A DNA stretch of 64,000 nt from Mayamaea pseudoterrestris (lineage: Eukaryota): assembly GCA_027923505.1 (NCBI GenBank), contig BROI01000001.1, positions 992,001 to 1,056,000 of the forward strand, read 5' to 3'. A program made the position numbers and the translations under genes. Below, in pieces: positions 32,866 to 47,403 of the stretch (position 1 is its first letter; each line of letters begins with the position of its first letter). A model generated the notes under the pieces. The model saw only the letters and a program-made list of their open reading frames with translations, did no database searches and was not told the origin of the DNA.

Positions 32866-33678
32866 TCATCGCGTCAAAATAAATACAGAGCCCTTGTTTC
32901 CTCTTGTAATGCGTAAGTCGTTGTCAATGTAATCGGTTTGCAGCCATCCAGTCGGTCCAATGGGTCCCAGCGGAATGAGAAAGTTGATTGGCGTTTGCGC
33001 AATGGCAACTCGACAGGATTGAAACTTGACATTGATGCGACGAGCCTTCAAAGCATCGGGAGTAAAGCTAACCGTCACGGTCAAGGTCGCTCGTCGCTTT
33101 GCATCATTTCCAAGCACGATGCTGACAACGTTGATGACTTGTTGCTTCCTGATGTCGATCGTCTGCGTGGATTTAATAGGTGCATCAATAACAGACTGGC
33201 TATTGTCGCTTTGTATAAGTCCAATTTCTTCGAGTCGATCCTGGATGTTTCTTGGCAAAACTGGATTTGCTCGTCCATTTGGATTGTTGCTGTAGGATTG
33301 GTTTTCAAGTGGATTGATAAAAGCGAAAGGATTCTTGGCTTCAGTGCGTGTCCTGTCCTGCGTCGTCCATTGCAAGGTCCAGGTGCCTGCTAGCTTGTCG
33401 AGAACGTCAGACGAGTCTGTCGGACAATACGTTTCTAAATTCTGTACAGTAGCTAGGATTTCCGATGTCAGAGATGCTGGAGTGGAAGCCCCTCGTGGCG
33501 CTTGCTGCAAAAGATCCAGTAAGAGTTCCTTCGTGTTGATGAAAGTTGTTGCGGCGGATGCAGATCGATGACTGGAGAGCTGACACACGTCAATCCTCCT
33601 TGTAAGAGAAGGATATGCGAAGGAGTGAACGTTATAGCAAAATGCTATCGAAGCCACTAAAGGAAAGAAAGGTAACAT
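32866..33678 (-). CDS. PAP/fibrillin family plastid lipid-associated protein
   Basis: Signal peptide plus VHS-FAY; LAGTWTLQWTT; C-terminal GWLQTDYIDNDLRITRGNKGSVFILTR. Confidence 0.92.
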   Translation of the reverse strand: MLPFFPLVASIAFCYNVHSFAYPSLTRRIDVCQLSSHRSASAATTFINTKELLLDLLQQAPRGASTPASLTSEILATVQNLETYCPTDSSDVLDKLAGTWTLQWTTQDRTRTEAKNPFAFINPLENQSYSNNPNGRANPVLPRNIQDRLEEIGLIQSDNSQSVIDAPIKSTQTIDIRKQQVINVVSIVLGNDAKRRATLTVTVSFTPDALKARRINVKFQSCRVAIAQTPINFLIPLGPIGPTGWLQTDYIDNDLRITRGNKGSVFILTR

Positions 33679-35198
33679 GGTGGATTGGCCGATCAGGTGT
33701 GCGGCTACCGGTGTCGCTGCGATCCAGCGCCATTTCGAAGAAAATTGTCAATGTCGCACCACGATCATTTTTTACGCACGACTCAATTAGGCGTCATTGT
33801 TTACACGAGGCGACGCTATCGATCGTCGGCAGCACGTGCACGAAAATTATTAGCTGATGGTGAGATCCCGCTGGACAGATAACATTGGTAGATTTACTTC
33901 CACAAGTAGTACTCGTAGTGTAGGCAGCTTAAGAAACTGTTTGTTTAAGATGGAGAATAGCGATTTATCCAGGGAGAACTTGGTTCGACCTGTCGACCGT
34001 CACCAATCAGGTTGCTGAATGCGAAACTACGAGTATAATTCAGTCTTCACCTATGTATATAAGTCTACATGATAGAATAAGATAACAGTCGGCTTTCATT
34101 CAGTACATATTGATATGGCGACACACTACAGTAATGTCCAGGACATCCAAAGTCCAAGGTCCAAGGGGCAAAGAGGTCGAGGAATTTGCGATGGTCGTCG
34201 CCGAAAATATGCGATGACGAGTACTCTATTCAATAGCTCGACTGTCGGAACTCGTACACGTACTGACCGGCGCCATTCGCTTTTCAAAGCTCACAATTAC
34301 AGTACTCGATTGTCTTGGCCAATGTTTTAGAGCGACAGTGGTGGTATGGCGAAGTTTAGGCATCTCTTGGATGCTGCCGGCAAATATGGCGACGAGTCGC
34401 GAAGCTGTCGTCAATGAAATGAAGCGATCAGTGTCAGTTCGAACCTTGTCTGCAGATGTATTCTAAAACATTGAAAGGCACGGCATCTGCTGTTAGATAT
34501 CAGATCAATTCACGTTCGACGCTCGCACCTCGCACCTCCAATCACTTCATGTTCTATGCAGCATGCAGCAGCATGCGGCAATGCAGCTATGCAATAACTG
34601 AAGACGCTTGTATCAACTTGACGAAGATACTGCAGTTGCAATCAACAAGAGGCGTGCGTGATTATTCGTCGTCTGCTTCCGAGAACTCAAGTCGTGGCAT
34701 CGTTCATGAAAATCCGGCGGATGTGGGAGTCAGATTGCAGATCCTGCATAGCACTTCCGAGTTCAATTTCGCGTTGAAGTCGAAGGGAGCTCGCAAGTTT
34801 CGTGGACAACACATCCATGTCACCGTGTTCGACGATTGGTGTCATTTATGACTCATCAAGTACACCATCGATATAGTAATCATGAAAATGCGGCTTTGGA
34901 TACATTCCATGAATGTTCGTCAGCACTCGTGGATGAGCGACTTTTTTAATTAAGCCAAGTTGACACGATCCCAGAAGTTCCAGTTTCGTCGTGCTCTTCA
35001 CAACAACCCGCCGTGAATCAAGCGATCGCCTTGCTCCACCTTTTGCAGCACCAGAATAAAAACTCACACTCCAAACAAAATTCTTGAGACAAAGCCCTTG
35101 AGCTTACGATCATTTTATTCAAAAGAGCCAGCACTCTTCTCCTACCTCGAGCAGCAATCCAGCAGATCCAGTATCCAGCACCTTTCAACGTGACAACA

Positions 35199-36010
35199 AT
35201 GCACCTCCTCCCAGCGAACATTTCAACAGCCATGTCCGAGACATGTACATCCTCCAAGATGCCCAAGACGCGGCTGGCCGACGACTTTCAGCCCAACAAC
35301 TACACTGTTTTATGTGGACGCGGCAAGGTAAGTATTGTCTTGGTGTTTGCATGGCTTGCAAGTCTAAGATCCAACTGCAACGTATTTACACTCCCCAACC
35401 CCACTTTTGTTCTCAGGAGTTCTTCAACTATGTTGGTAATCGCCGATTTCGGATCCTTGTTGACATGCACTTGGAGCGCTACTCGTTGGCAGAAACCAAG
35501 ACGGACAAGACTCGCATTGTGATCGAGATCGTTGAACAGATTCGCCACGCTGGAGGCGGCTTTTGCAAGCAAGACAAGGTCGGCGATTGGTACGACGTTG
35601 GTGACGCTGTCGCGCGTGAAAAGGTGGGCGCTCTCTTTCGCGACTGCTTGTTTAACATGTACAAGAGCAGCTCCAAGGCCAAGACGGCGGTTCGTCGCCA
35701 GCGCCGTCGATGCAATGCGCGCAATGCGAACAAGCCATCTCGGTGTCGTGGCACGAGCAATGGCAGCAGCGGCGGATCCATTACCGATAGCACTATAACA
35801 GATTCATCTTACCATTCCAATTCGTCTTCGTCGAGTGAAGTTTATGACTATGAAGACTGCAAAAACAACAACAATGGGCAATGTCATGACTCGCTTCATG
35901 TCAAGGAAGTTCAATTCAACTTTCTCGAGCATGACCTCCAGCCGTTAATGTACGACGTTGAATTTGATATGGATGAAGATGTTGCTGCCTTTAACTTTGT
36001 GGAAATTTGA
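35199..36010 (+). CDS. DUF6824-domain protein (diatom-expanded family); intron 35328-35416
   Basis: Spliced VLCGRGK-EFFNYVGNRRFR, K..IV..IR..GGGF, W..VGD..AREKVG..FRD. Confidence 0.85.
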
Positions 36011-36154
36011 TATTTGTAAGTCGCAGATGGAAATCACCTACATTTTTACATGTACGAGTAACGAAAACACAAGATATAAAGCTCGTCATTACAAGCCGTT
36101 AATTGTTATAATAATAATCGTTTGTACAGCTCGCTTCTCGCCAAGAGCTATAGT

Positions 36155-39100
36155 CTAGTCCTTCAGTATCGAGCACTCTGTCATCTTCGTCAATACCTTG
36201 GTATACAAGCTTTTCATGGAACGAATATTGTCAAAAACTGCAATGCTGCTGTATCGGTTTAATCCTTCGTCTCCGCTCGGCACATCCAAAGCCAACCACA
36301 ACACATCGTTAAATGCAAATTGAACGCGTTGTGCACCGCCGAGCGCAAGCTTTAAACATGCATCGATTAATGCAAGATCCATGGCGTCGACACGCTTGCT
36401 GCCTTCGACCATTGACAACGCAACACAGAGCGCCCTAGCCACTGCACGTTGCATTTCCATTGTTTCCTTTTCCGTCAAAATCTTCATCAATTCAGTTTCA
36501 TGCGACGAAAAGCCTAATCGAGGATTCGAGTATCGACCAATCACCGCTCCAAGAGAAACAGTTGCTGCCTCGCGCACCATGCTCGCTTGATCGTTAAGTA
36601 GTTCGCGGACTCGCTGCTTCATTTTCGGCATAATCATCTCAAGCTGCGGCCCAATTTTGGATTCCAGTATACGTAGTATCGCACACATTTTGCCGTGACG
36701 TATAACGTCTTCACCGTCGTCTGTCTTGTCCATAATGACTTGTTGCACCAATTCGATCGACGCATCCACGTCAAGGAAAGCACATGCCTCGCCCATTACT
36801 TTAGCTGCTGCCTCTCGCACACCTAAGTCAGGGTGTTCAATCAGCTCCTTGGACGCGTCCAGTGCCGACGGAATGCTCGCTGGCAGCTTTGCTTTTTCAC
36901 CGCCTTTGGCCAAAACAACTGCTAGAGCTTCCAATGTGGCATGCTGTACCGAGGCGGCCGCAAGTCCATCAACTGTGAGCGTCTGTCCTAACGCACCTGA
37001 TACAAGTTCTTTGATGAGCGGGTCAACCCGAGTCGTGAGTGGCATGAGGAGTGAGAGAGCGTCAATGGCAGCCAAGCGAACTCTTCGCGATGGATCAGAC
37101 AACGCCTTGACAAAAGTTGTTTGAAACTGTGGTACAAATGCACGCAACGCAGGTCCGCCTTTGACAAGTATGAGCCCAAGCGTATTAAGAATAGCAACCT
37201 TGACATTTGCTGGATTGCGATCGCCTACAATACGCAGCAATGGACCCGTCATTTTGACAATCAATGGGCCGGCAAGGTATTTCGGAGAAGTGAGCGAGAT
37301 GACTTCGCCCAATCCTGCGGCTGACACCTCGCGAATTTCGGGACTCCCGTACAAAATCCCTCGTTGAAAGATTGGTAACAGCGGCTCTAGACCTGCGCAG
37401 ATGAGAGTTTAGACAAAGGCGAATGAGGTTAATCAGTGCAACATGACGAATCAACAACAGCATTTAAAATCTCCAATCAGTAAGACTAATCGTATAGTGC
37501 CTCATGGTGTGTCGGCAACTAATATCTCATCACTTCGGCCATTGAAATGATAAATGCAAAGGTGCTACACTTACCGTTTGGCAAGTTAAATCCAGGGAGC
37601 AAAAATTCTCCTCTTCCGCCAACTCCCCCTTTGCGAAATCGAGCTTCGGATACCATGCTGGCGATAAGGTTCTTCATAAAGCTGACATGTGTCACCAGCT
37701 CTTCGGCAGGTGCATGTTTCGTGAGGGCAGCAAAGGCTGAGATGGCAGCCAACAGAACGTCGTGATCATCGTCGTTCAGCCGATACACGAGTTCTCTAAT
37801 AATGACGGGAATGTTCGGATAAAAATCTTGCTTTTCGGCTCCTAAAAAAGAAAAGGAAGGCCACGTATACATGTGAGTAACGACGAAGAGCACCAGAAAC
37901 AGCTTCATGCGTAAAGAGCCGTCAGACAGAAATCTCATAGTAGAACATCTTTCATAGAGCCAGCAAGGCACGATAAAGACTATTTGTCATCGTCACTCGG
38001 CATACTTGAACCAATAAACGTTCGCTGGTTTAAACTTACGCTCCGTGATAAGAGTCTCGAGCATCCAACAGCATTCTCGACGGAGGGTATTTTTGTCGCT
38101 TCCGCACTTCGACGCAATTTCGTTAACGAGTAAGTTCACACCCTCTCGATTCGTCGAGGCACAAATTGAGCGAGCACACTCTCGCAAAGTTGCAAAAGAT
38201 TCTTCGTCGCTGTTGATTTCAGATAAATCTCGAAGTACTGCTGGCAAGATGGAACCAAAATGCGAATAGAGAGTGTTTCCGGTAACTGCTGCAATCCCAG
38301 CCAAAGCATTGGCGTGTTCTATACTGATAGGCTTCGTGATTAGTCGAGGAATTATATACGGCAACAATTCTCGGCTCCGAACGCGCAAAATGCTCGTTAT
38401 TCCATTCAGCGCTCGAACGCGCGCGGAGGTGTTGTCATGGTTCTCAAGCGCAACCATTAGCGATGGTACAACCTCATCCAAAGCTCTGTTGCCGATGACG
38501 GCATGAAGACTTTGAAAACTTATAGCAGCCATCTTTCGGACATTCTCATTATCGTCGCAGAGAGCATTCGTGACAACCTTGGCCAAAATTTCAATAAATC
38601 GCAATATCTGGTCCTTAGTTGAACATTTGATTACTTCGGTAAGCCCGACGCAAACTCCTTCTCTAGTGTGCTCGTTGCCTTCATTCAATGCATTGCGTAA
38701 AACAGGCACAATTTGAGGGAGCACTGTCTCTCCTAGCTTACTGACAACGTCCCCGAGACATCTCCCAGCAACCATGGTCTTTTCCTCTTCGCCACTCGCA
38801 AGGTCATTAATTATTCGCGACACTAGATCTGGAAGGATTTCGCGCAAAGTCCGACCTGTGACACTGACAACCGTCTTCCAAACCTGCAATGCATTCTGAC
38901 GCACCACGTGGACCGTATCGTTGCGAGCAAGGTATAGGCCACTGAGTACACGTCTTCTTGTCTCTGCGCCCAGCGCAAGTGCAATCGCAGCTTGGGCGCG
39001 TTCGGCCCGGCGGATATCATCCTGTGTATCGCCATCTCCCTTAACCAGCGTAGTATTTCCTATCATACTGAGTAAATCGCCAAGCAGTGACAGTGAGGCG

Positions 39101-42100
39101 ACTCGGATGCGATAGTCCTCGTTAGCAAGACCATTCTCGAGACTAGGGAGGATCTTGTCAAGATGGTGCCTTCCGTGCGAACGAATCAGAACTCTGCCCG
39201 CCCGCATCGCAACATCTCTCACCGGCTCACTGTCATCCGATAGACCGCCAATTAGAGCTGGTAGCGACTGGTCCAGCAGTGACATGAATCCTTGTCCCAT
39301 GGCGGGCGGAAGGAATGTGAGAACCCAGAGAACACCTTCGCGTGTACTAGCTTCCTGATGATTCTGCAGCGGCAGAATCTCGTCATGGACTACATTCTCA
39401 ACCAGACTGCTGCCGGAGGCTATCAAAACTTCCGTCAGGCCCTGTGCAGCGCCACTACGCTCGGCAGAGCTGCATCCACGGTCACGTAATTTAGTCAGCA
39501 ACCAAGGGCGAAGCTCGGGCAAGATCTCGTCTCCGAGACTACGAGTTAGAGATCCTAACGCCTTTGCTGCGGTGCTCCTGACGTCAGGTATAGGATCCAG
39601 AAGGCATGATTGTAGGTCTGGAAGCAAAAGAGGCAGATAAGGAAGCATATCTTTTGGGTCAGCTATCATGGTGGTGATATTGCCTGTGATAAGGCCTCCA
39701 AAGCGCTTTGTGGTTGCTCCCCTGTCGCGAAGACCACGGTGTAGAATGGGAGCAATCAGTGCAAGACTGGGTGCATCGATGGCATGCAAAAACTCTGTCC
39801 CGATCAACGATTCAAGTGCTCGGGCCGTATAGTCAGCTGGGTCAGTGAGTGCCTTCATGAGAATGGAACTGATCGACGAGATTTCAGGATTTTTTATAAC
39901 CGTTCCGATCTCGTTTAATGCCTCTTGAGCCGATGCCTTCACCTTCGGGTGAGTGTCACTGAATGCTTCTGTCAGCTGCGGAACTACCTTCGGAAGCGCC
40001 GACGCCAACTGTTTCGGTGCTAAATGACTCATCGCTCCAGCCATTTGAATAGACGCTTGTTTGGTTCGCCACGATGGATCAGTGAAGGCGGACAAAACTG
40101 CAGGCATGATGAGTTTCACCCCATGGGCACTAAGCTTGCTCATTATAATTTCGGCCGTATGCGCAGCAGCTGTCCGGACATGATCGCTGCTATCTGAGAA
40201 CGATTTTAGCAAAGACGGGAGAAGTGCAATCACATATGGCTCAAATAGGAGTCCAAGTCGTGCGCTCAATAGCTCGATGGCGAACAAGGCTCCTTCCTTG
40301 TTTGTCGAGTCGCCTCCAGCGCATGCATCTTCGAGCTTTTTGACCACGTCAAACCTTTTCAGAGTCCCGATACCCGATCCTTTCACCATTGCCGCAATAC
40401 CGTATGCAGCGCCTCGTTGTACAGCCATGCTACTCCCTGACAAACAGTCCTCCAACAAGCGGGTCAAAATTAGATCCATTCGATCTTGCGTATCTCCCTT
40501 CTTTGCTAACTTTGTAATCCCATCGGCAACGCTCGCTTGAACATCTTCAGAAGGCGTCCGCAATGCCTCTATAAGCATGTCGACCGTTTTGTGGATCTGG
40601 GATTCATTTTCAGGCCCTTTCAGATGTAGTGCGACAGATCCCAGCGCAATTACAGCTCCTTCCTTCCTGCGATCTGACGACTCAACGTCATCTGGTATCT
40701 TCTCAATCGGAAGAGAGCCTAGCTCCTGCTCCGTTAAAGTGCCAGTCTTAAGCACGCTTTCCAACTGCGGAAGCAGAAATGTGACAGCGTCGTCGTCGCC
40801 ACCGTATGAAGAAATAAGAGCACACAACGCTCTGCGCGCTTCGCCCTTGACTTCCTCCACACTATCGGCCAGACCAAAAGCAATCAAAAAAGTAGTTAAA
40901 GACTTCAAAACTGATGCATCAAGATAAACTTTTTCACTCGTCTCAGTGATTGCAGCCATAACGCGCAAAATGCCCAATCGGATTGCGACTTTAAATGGCG
41001 AATCGTTTTCGTTATCTGTTGGCGTTGAAGATATGAACTTCCCGACAAACGCATCAGGTTCTAATTGTCGTTCCTGCTTAGGTTTTAGCAGGGCACTCGT
41101 TACGACAGCTTTTTTCTTGGTGGTTTTTGGTCGGCCAATACCAGCTACAGCCAATGCCGATTTTGTAGTGGTTGCCTTCTTTGATAATCCAACCCCAGGC
41201 AACAAATTCTTCTTTTGTGAAGCTGGAGCCGCTCCTGCACGTATATTCCCCGCAACTGGCGCTTGTATTGGCAACTTTCCAAAGGGGACGGAGTCGACAT
41301 AATTTTTGCACAGCATCTCAGTAGTTCGCGCGATAGAACCTCTGTGCCTTGCCATGGCGTTCGCAAGCGCCAAGGCGGCGGCTTCGGCAATACTTTTGTC
41401 GTTATTACTGAGCAATGGTAGCAAAGGAGGCGCATAGAGAAGCGACGGACTTGGCAGAGCTGTACTGTCGTCGTGCATTTCGTCACTAATTCCGTGCACG
41501 ATCAGCCACGCTCTTCGAGCAGCATGGCTAATTTCCTCGTCCAAGTCAAAACAATTGCACCAAATTCGATTCTCTACAAGTGGATTGTTTGTTAAAAGCG
41601 ACCGGTGTCGAGACCCAACCTTTTCGAGCACTAGCATTGACGCAATTCTGCAATTTCGATTACCCAATGCGCCTCGCTCGTCCAGCAATGGTGATATCTC
41701 CGAAGTGGATAATGCTGGACTGTCTTTAGCAATATCGTCCGTATTGAAGCATTGTATCAAAGCTTCAAAGGGAGTTGGCTCGTGAAATGACTGTGCCCTA
41801 TCGTACCGCAAGAGCTCCAGCACCGACATGGCCATTTCTCGTCGCATTCCAAGAATCCGAACGTCCTTATCTGAGCCGGCCAGAAGGGTAGTGTGTCTCG
41901 CTAGTAATCGTAGCGCCGCTTCACACCCTGGGGGAGTTCGAGGACCCATAAGTGATGCTTGTATAATAGGAAAAAGAAAAATGAAGGATGGCCCAGACAA
42001 ACATTCGTGAACGTTATCCATTTCATCGATAGCACAGGCGACAGCGGCACACGGCGACGGAAGAGCTGAGGTCAAAATCAATGGCTTCGCTGCAGAAATT

Positions 42101-45048
42101 GATTGATTGCTTTTGCAACTAACAATGAGCGCTTGTGCTAGAGTCGGGGCATGGATTTCATCAATCTCGTAGACGCATGCAGCTAGAGACGCAAGGACCG
42201 ACAGTACTTTCGTCTTGAGAATAGTGAGAGCCGCCATCGCAGGACAAGTACAAACGGCCAGAAAGAGAGTCGCGTCTCTCAAAACCGGCAAGCATTCGTT
42301 CCCAACGGCTACATCAGATACACTCAGGCAGCGTATCGACTCCAATAACCTCGGTAATCTGACATCCAACAGCCCAGCGAGTTCCACGCGCCTTCTGTCT
42401 TGTTCTTGTTGGAGCCGAACTTCATCAGCTGTGCGCTCATGAATAGAATCGCTTGACATTTCTTTTTTCTTTGCAAGTTCCATCTTTATATTCATCTCCC
42501 ATTCTTCGTCTGCTGTCAGCCGTCTATCTTTCTTCTTCGCATCCGTAGTCGCCTTTTCGGGTACAATTAACACACCAACAGGACTCAGATATATATCCAT
42601 GTCCACCTGCGACAAAGATGCAACTAGTTCATTTACTTCCCACATCGCTTCATTTATTTTTGGGCAAAGGTAGTCAATAAACATTTTGGACAACACAGCG
42701 TATGGTCGCATATCATCATCCTCCGGATCATCTATTCCGCGAGTGTAATTTGACGCAATTCCTCCCAGTGTCAGCAGAAGGCTAAGTGCTGCCTTGTGCA
42801 CAGCCGCGCTAATCACATATACTGACACTGCATCTCCGCTAATCGACTGACGAGTCGATAGCACCAGCAGTTCGTCAAAAACTTCAGACAAAATCGCGGA
42901 ATTCGAGTCCCTAGGAAGCACATCATCTCGAATGACCCTTAAAGTATGTAGAATCAACTTGGCCCTCTGTTGACCTTCATTTTTTAACGATGAGCCAGCA
43001 TGCATTAGTATCATCACTCTTGCCAGCGATGAAGGCTTCAGGTGTTGCATCGACAGCAGCCCAGCAACTAAGCGCACGGCGTTCGAATCGAAATTAGAGT
43101 GAGAGGCATGGATGCTTCCCTGACCTTTTACAAGTACTTCCTTCTCCCATTCTCTTGCTTCTTTCGTTGCGTTTAGACCCATAACAAGCTCTTCGTAAGA
43201 TCTTGCCGACGCATCGACTTGTTGAAAGATAGACTTTACGAGACCTTCTGCGGCGTCAGGCAGATATCTTAAGATTGATGTTACGCCTTTTACTAAGGCG
43301 CTGCTAGCGTAATGATCTTTGTCGTCCAATATGGAGGCCGGATGCGTGACACATGCCGCCATTGCTCGTGATGCCGCCGTTTCATCAGCTTTGAACAAAG
43401 GTGGACTAGATACCGTCGACGATAACTGGGTATACAAGCACAATGTTCTCGCCATCAGTAAGCTCACCACTGGGTTGGTAGCGACAAGCTCTATCATTGA
43501 ATCTGAATATAGAAACGACTTTCCGCCACCTTTCACCGACGATCCTGCTGACACAATTTCCAAGATCGCATCCGATATGTTTTCTTTAGTTTGTAGAGCA
43601 AACACCAAGCTCAAATACACAGCCACAAGGCCCTCCACTTGTACTGCCTTTTTTGATGTAGCCTGACCAATTATACCCTCCAAACCTTGTCGAAATGTCG
43701 CATCCGAAAACAAGCTCACCACAATCAAGTTTAAAGTGTCGGGATGGACTAACTGGACTAGCAACGTAAACAAGGGCCCAAACTGTTCCGATTTGCCGGC
43801 GACGGTTGACCGCATGTAATCAAGAGCCTTGTCATATCCTTTGCTGCCACTGTTGGCGCGCCGCCGACAAGCCACAACGAGCCAAGCAATCAGGGCCTCC
43901 TGCCCAGCGACGCAATGTTCGCTTTTTGTCTCTTTCGCCAGCATGGCAACAATGCCTTCCAAGGCGACACTAGCAACATTTTCGTCGATTCCCTCATTTT
44001 CATGTGCCGACTGTCCGTCCAGCGCCGCCATTTGCTGCAAGGTTGCGTACACCGTCATGCGCGCCGGAACGAGGGTCACCTTAGTGGTAGCCAATGACTT
44101 GGTCCATTGGCTCCTCGCATCTACTCCGTGTTTCGACCAAGCCACGATAATCTCACTTGCCGTTGCGCGATTCTCCTCCTTGCTGCCAATCAGATGCTTT
44201 ATCAAAAGCTCTGTCCATTCCGAATCCACTTCGGCAACATTTAAATGTTGAATCCATCCTAGAATGGTTGACAGGGCCTTGTCGGGGTGCGACTTGAGTT
44301 TGAGTAACAGAGCGGGTCGAATCGACGAGCGCCAGTCTTCCACCGATAGTTCCGTCAAAAAGCACTGCACAAGACTCAAATTTGTAGAGAAAGTCGTCAG
44401 ACTGTACTGCAGCAAAGCTCCGAGCCAATCAAAGCTTTGCTGTTGCTCTAGGCCTGATCCGAGACCAATCGCCGCGATGGAACGAGAAGAAAGTGGCTGG
44501 AGCAACATGGCAAGTTGATTTCCCTGCTTTGCAGTCGACAATTCCTTTCGACAAGATGCGAGAAGCGCAGGGTCATTTGCTTGCTCCAATAGATGCGTCA
44601 GTGATTCAACAAGAGATCGTTGAATATCTAAATCGTCGCTTTGTAACAGACTGAGTGTGACGAGAGGAATCACTCGTCGATGCGCATGCAGGGAGGAACA
44701 TTTAACATCTGCAAAAGGGCACGACATGGGATAAGAAAACAGATTGCATTTAAGAGACTACCCTATCTTCGTCACAATATTGCTCGTACCTCTCAACGCA
44801 GCCGCCAATATTCTCCTGGCCGACGCTTCCTCACGAAGGATTTCAGTCGCTCGTTCCACGAGGCGACGTCGCTTCCATGGAGCGTAGCTATCTGGACGAC
44901 TCGAAGCTAGTTCGAATAGTAAACTCGAGATTTCCGTTTCCAAATCAACTTCGTCTGCATTACTATCAATAATGTGACTGTCTTCCGACATGGTAGAAGC
45001 AGCGTCGGTCGAATATGGTTGGCGCAAGCTGGCCTCGACATTCGACAT
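36155..45048 (-). CDS. GCN1: GCN1 translational activator (HEAT-repeat protein); introns 44709-44789, 37842-38039, 37393-37574
   Basis: RGAAYGIAA, LFEPYV, LSAHGVKL, WRTKQ, APKQLASALP, IDAPSLALI, ERSGAAQGL, GPLLRIVGDR, PQFQTTFVKAL; splice phases checked and consistent. Confidence 0.95.
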
Positions 45049-45594
45049 GATGTGCGGTTCCGAGGAAAATTTCAGTTTCTGTCTGTCCGTTACTCACTGC
45101 GACACGATCGGTCGAGAGCTATGCCTACGACAGAACGACGATTACCAAATCACAACGCTGCCATTAGTCTGTCAGATATGATACGACGAAATGTTACCCG
45201 CAACATAATGTACGTACAGCTCGAAGAATTTCATCTTGTCAACTTAATGCGTCTCTCACCAAAGGGCACATCACACCACACATGCCATGAGCCAAAGAAT
45301 ATCGAAGCAGGCTTTGCTTTGAAGATTGAAATGTACAGGACGACGGAAAGGCATGGCGCCGCTTTTGAGGAATGTTTCCAATGCAAAGAAACTTGGTGTG
45401 CAAGAAAGAGGCGGCATACCTGGAGTAACAAGTATAACTGTATTGTTCTAAAGAGATATGTATTGGATTTATCTCATAATGAATCCACAATGCACTCTAC
45501 CAAAAAACAAGCAGCTTTGGGTTCTTGAAAAGCATGAAGATTTATCAATCAATGTTTCCAAGGTGTCCATCAGCGCTTCCCGTGCCATCAATCA

Positions 45595-46080
45595 TCATGC
45601 AACCGAAGTTGGCGCCATTGATGGACTATCGCTAGGCGCTAGTGACGGCGAGTCGCTTGGAGGAGCAGAAACAGATGGCGTGAGACTAGGAGCGTCGCTT
45701 GGTTCAAATGTATCAACTGGAGCAGTGGTATCAACCGGAGCAATAGTGTCAATTGTTGTAGGCGCAACAGTATCGACGCCATCATTGAGAGCAGTCGTTT
45801 CTGTTGAGTTTCCACTAGGTGCAAGAGTTTTGACGGTTGTAGTATTGAGAGTATCAACGTTTGTAGTATTGCTGCTTTCCTGCGCAAGTCTTGTTATTGA
45901 GGCAGCTTGTGCTTTAATGAGACTCTTTGTGTTGGCGGCAGTGACTCTATCGGCTCCTCGGATTGATCCAGTGACTTGGTCATTTGCCTGCAATTCAGTA
46001 AGCGACTTGCCACCTAGCCAAAATCCAGAGGCTGGAACAGATGATAGAGTAATGATGAGTGAAAGGATGGAGAATCTCAT
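45595..46080 (-). CDS. Small secreted Thr/Ser/Pro-rich protein
   Basis: Signal peptide MRFSILSLIITLSSVPASG; DTxAP and PSDxPS repeats; several N-x-T sequons. Confidence 0.65.
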   Translation of the reverse strand: MRFSILSLIITLSSVPASGFWLGGKSLTELQANDQVTGSIRGADRVTAANTKSLIKAQAASITRLAQESSNTTNVDTLNTTTVKTLAPSGNSTETTALNDGVDTVAPTTIDTIAPVDTTAPVDTFEPSDAPSLTPSVSAPPSDSPSLAPSDSPSMAPTSVA

Positions 46081-46353
46081 GGTGTGGTTGTGTGGTTGTA
46101 AACTTGCGGGTGATGGATGATGGGTGGATTTTCGATTTGTGAGCGATCGCACCTCGTCGGATGTGCAACCAATCGCCATCCCGCTCGCAGAAATGATAGG
46201 GCAATACTATAGTTATTTCAAAACGATCAATTTTCGAGCTCCTCAGTTATTATTACATATGCCTCATCCTGGCGCGCGTGCCATGAAACAGCTGTGTGAC
46301 GCAATAGAATTCGTCGTCCTCCATCCATCAGTTCAACGGAGCGCGAGTTCACC

Positions 46354-47403
46354 ATGGCGCTCCTCTCCGCGGCGCTCGTCTTGCTTCTTTCCCGAACAAG
46401 CACTCGCCGAATTATCTCTCCATCGCGTCTCTTTTCAGTGACGTCATTGAAAGTCAGTTACAATGAAAAGAATCTCATCAGCAGCACCAAGTCCAACACT
46501 GTCAGGATCTTCCAGTCGCTGCTCGCCAAGCGCCAGAAGCGTCAGGAACTTGAAGCGACCGTCGTCGAAGGTTCGAAGATGATTTTCGACTTGCTGCGCA
46601 ATCCTGAGACTCGCGATTTGGTTCAGCACATTCTTGTTTCGACAGACGACTGGAATGATTACGTGCCAATACTCGACAAGCTGATTCATTCGCATGAAGA
46701 ATATGGCAAGACCACGCAAGCACCGATAGTGCCCTTGATTTCCCCAGCCACAGCATCCGTTGTTCGAGCTTGCTCTGACGTCATCACTAATCAAGGCATT
46801 GTTGCGAAAGTTTCCATTCCAAAGCCACAAATTTCGCTGCGGCAGCATAACTATCCATTCTACGTCATTGCCGATGGCTTGCAGGATCCAGGCAATGTTG
46901 GCACACTCCTTCGAAGCTGCGCTGCGGCTGGTGCAGCTGGGTTTATCGTATTGCCAAACACGTGTGACCCATGGTCGCCAAAGGCTGTCCGCTCGGCCAT
47001 GGGCACGTCCTTTCAGCTGCCAATCATGCAGGCCAGTGGTTGGGAGGAGTGTTGCGAACTACTGGAGCAGTGCAATTGTCGCCGCGTATTGGCAGCGACC
47101 ATGCTTGTGAATAACGACGAAGACAATGAAGGCAAGTTAACGCAACAATCCACGTGCTACTTTGACATTGACTTTACGAGCGAACCGGTGGCGATTGTTT
47201 TGGGGTCGGAAGGCAGTGGACTTTCGAACGAGATCTATAAAGAGTTGCTCGCTTCTCCAGATTCAGTCGGCAAGGACGGTGAACTTCGAATGGAAGCAGT
47301 CCACATCCCGATGCAAACGGGTGTGGAAAGCTTGAACGCTGCCGTTTGTGGAAGTCTCATGCTTTACGAGTATGTGCGCCAGCGAACGATCAAGGAGAAG
47401 TGA
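46354..47403 (+). CDS. SpoU/TrmH family RNA 2'-O-methyltransferase, probably organellar
   Basis: VVEGSK, QGIVA, DGLQDPGNVGTLLRS, PKAVRSAMG, LGSEGSGLS, IPMQTGVESLNAA. Confidence 0.93.
   Translation: MALLSAALVLLLSRTSTRRIISPSRLFSVTSLKVSYNEKNLISSTKSNTVRIFQSLLAKRQKRQELEATVVEGSKMIFDLLRNPETRDLVQHILVSTDDWNDYVPILDKLIHSHEEYGKTTQAPIVPLISPATASVVRACSDVITNQGIVAKVSIPKPQISLRQHNYPFYVIADGLQDPGNVGTLLRSCAAAGAAGFIVLPNTCDPWSPKAVRSAMGTSFQLPIMQASGWEECCELLEQCNCRRVLAATMLVNNDEDNEGKLTQQSTCYFDIDFTSEPVAIVLGSEGSGLSNEIYKELLASPDSVGKDGELRMEAVHIPMQTGVESLNAAVCGSLMLYEYVRQRTIKEK

Noticed and set aside
33880..35190. Short ORFs in the long intergenic region upstream of the DUF6824 gene
   Set aside because: No motifs, repeats or termini recognised; probably promoter or UTR sequence.
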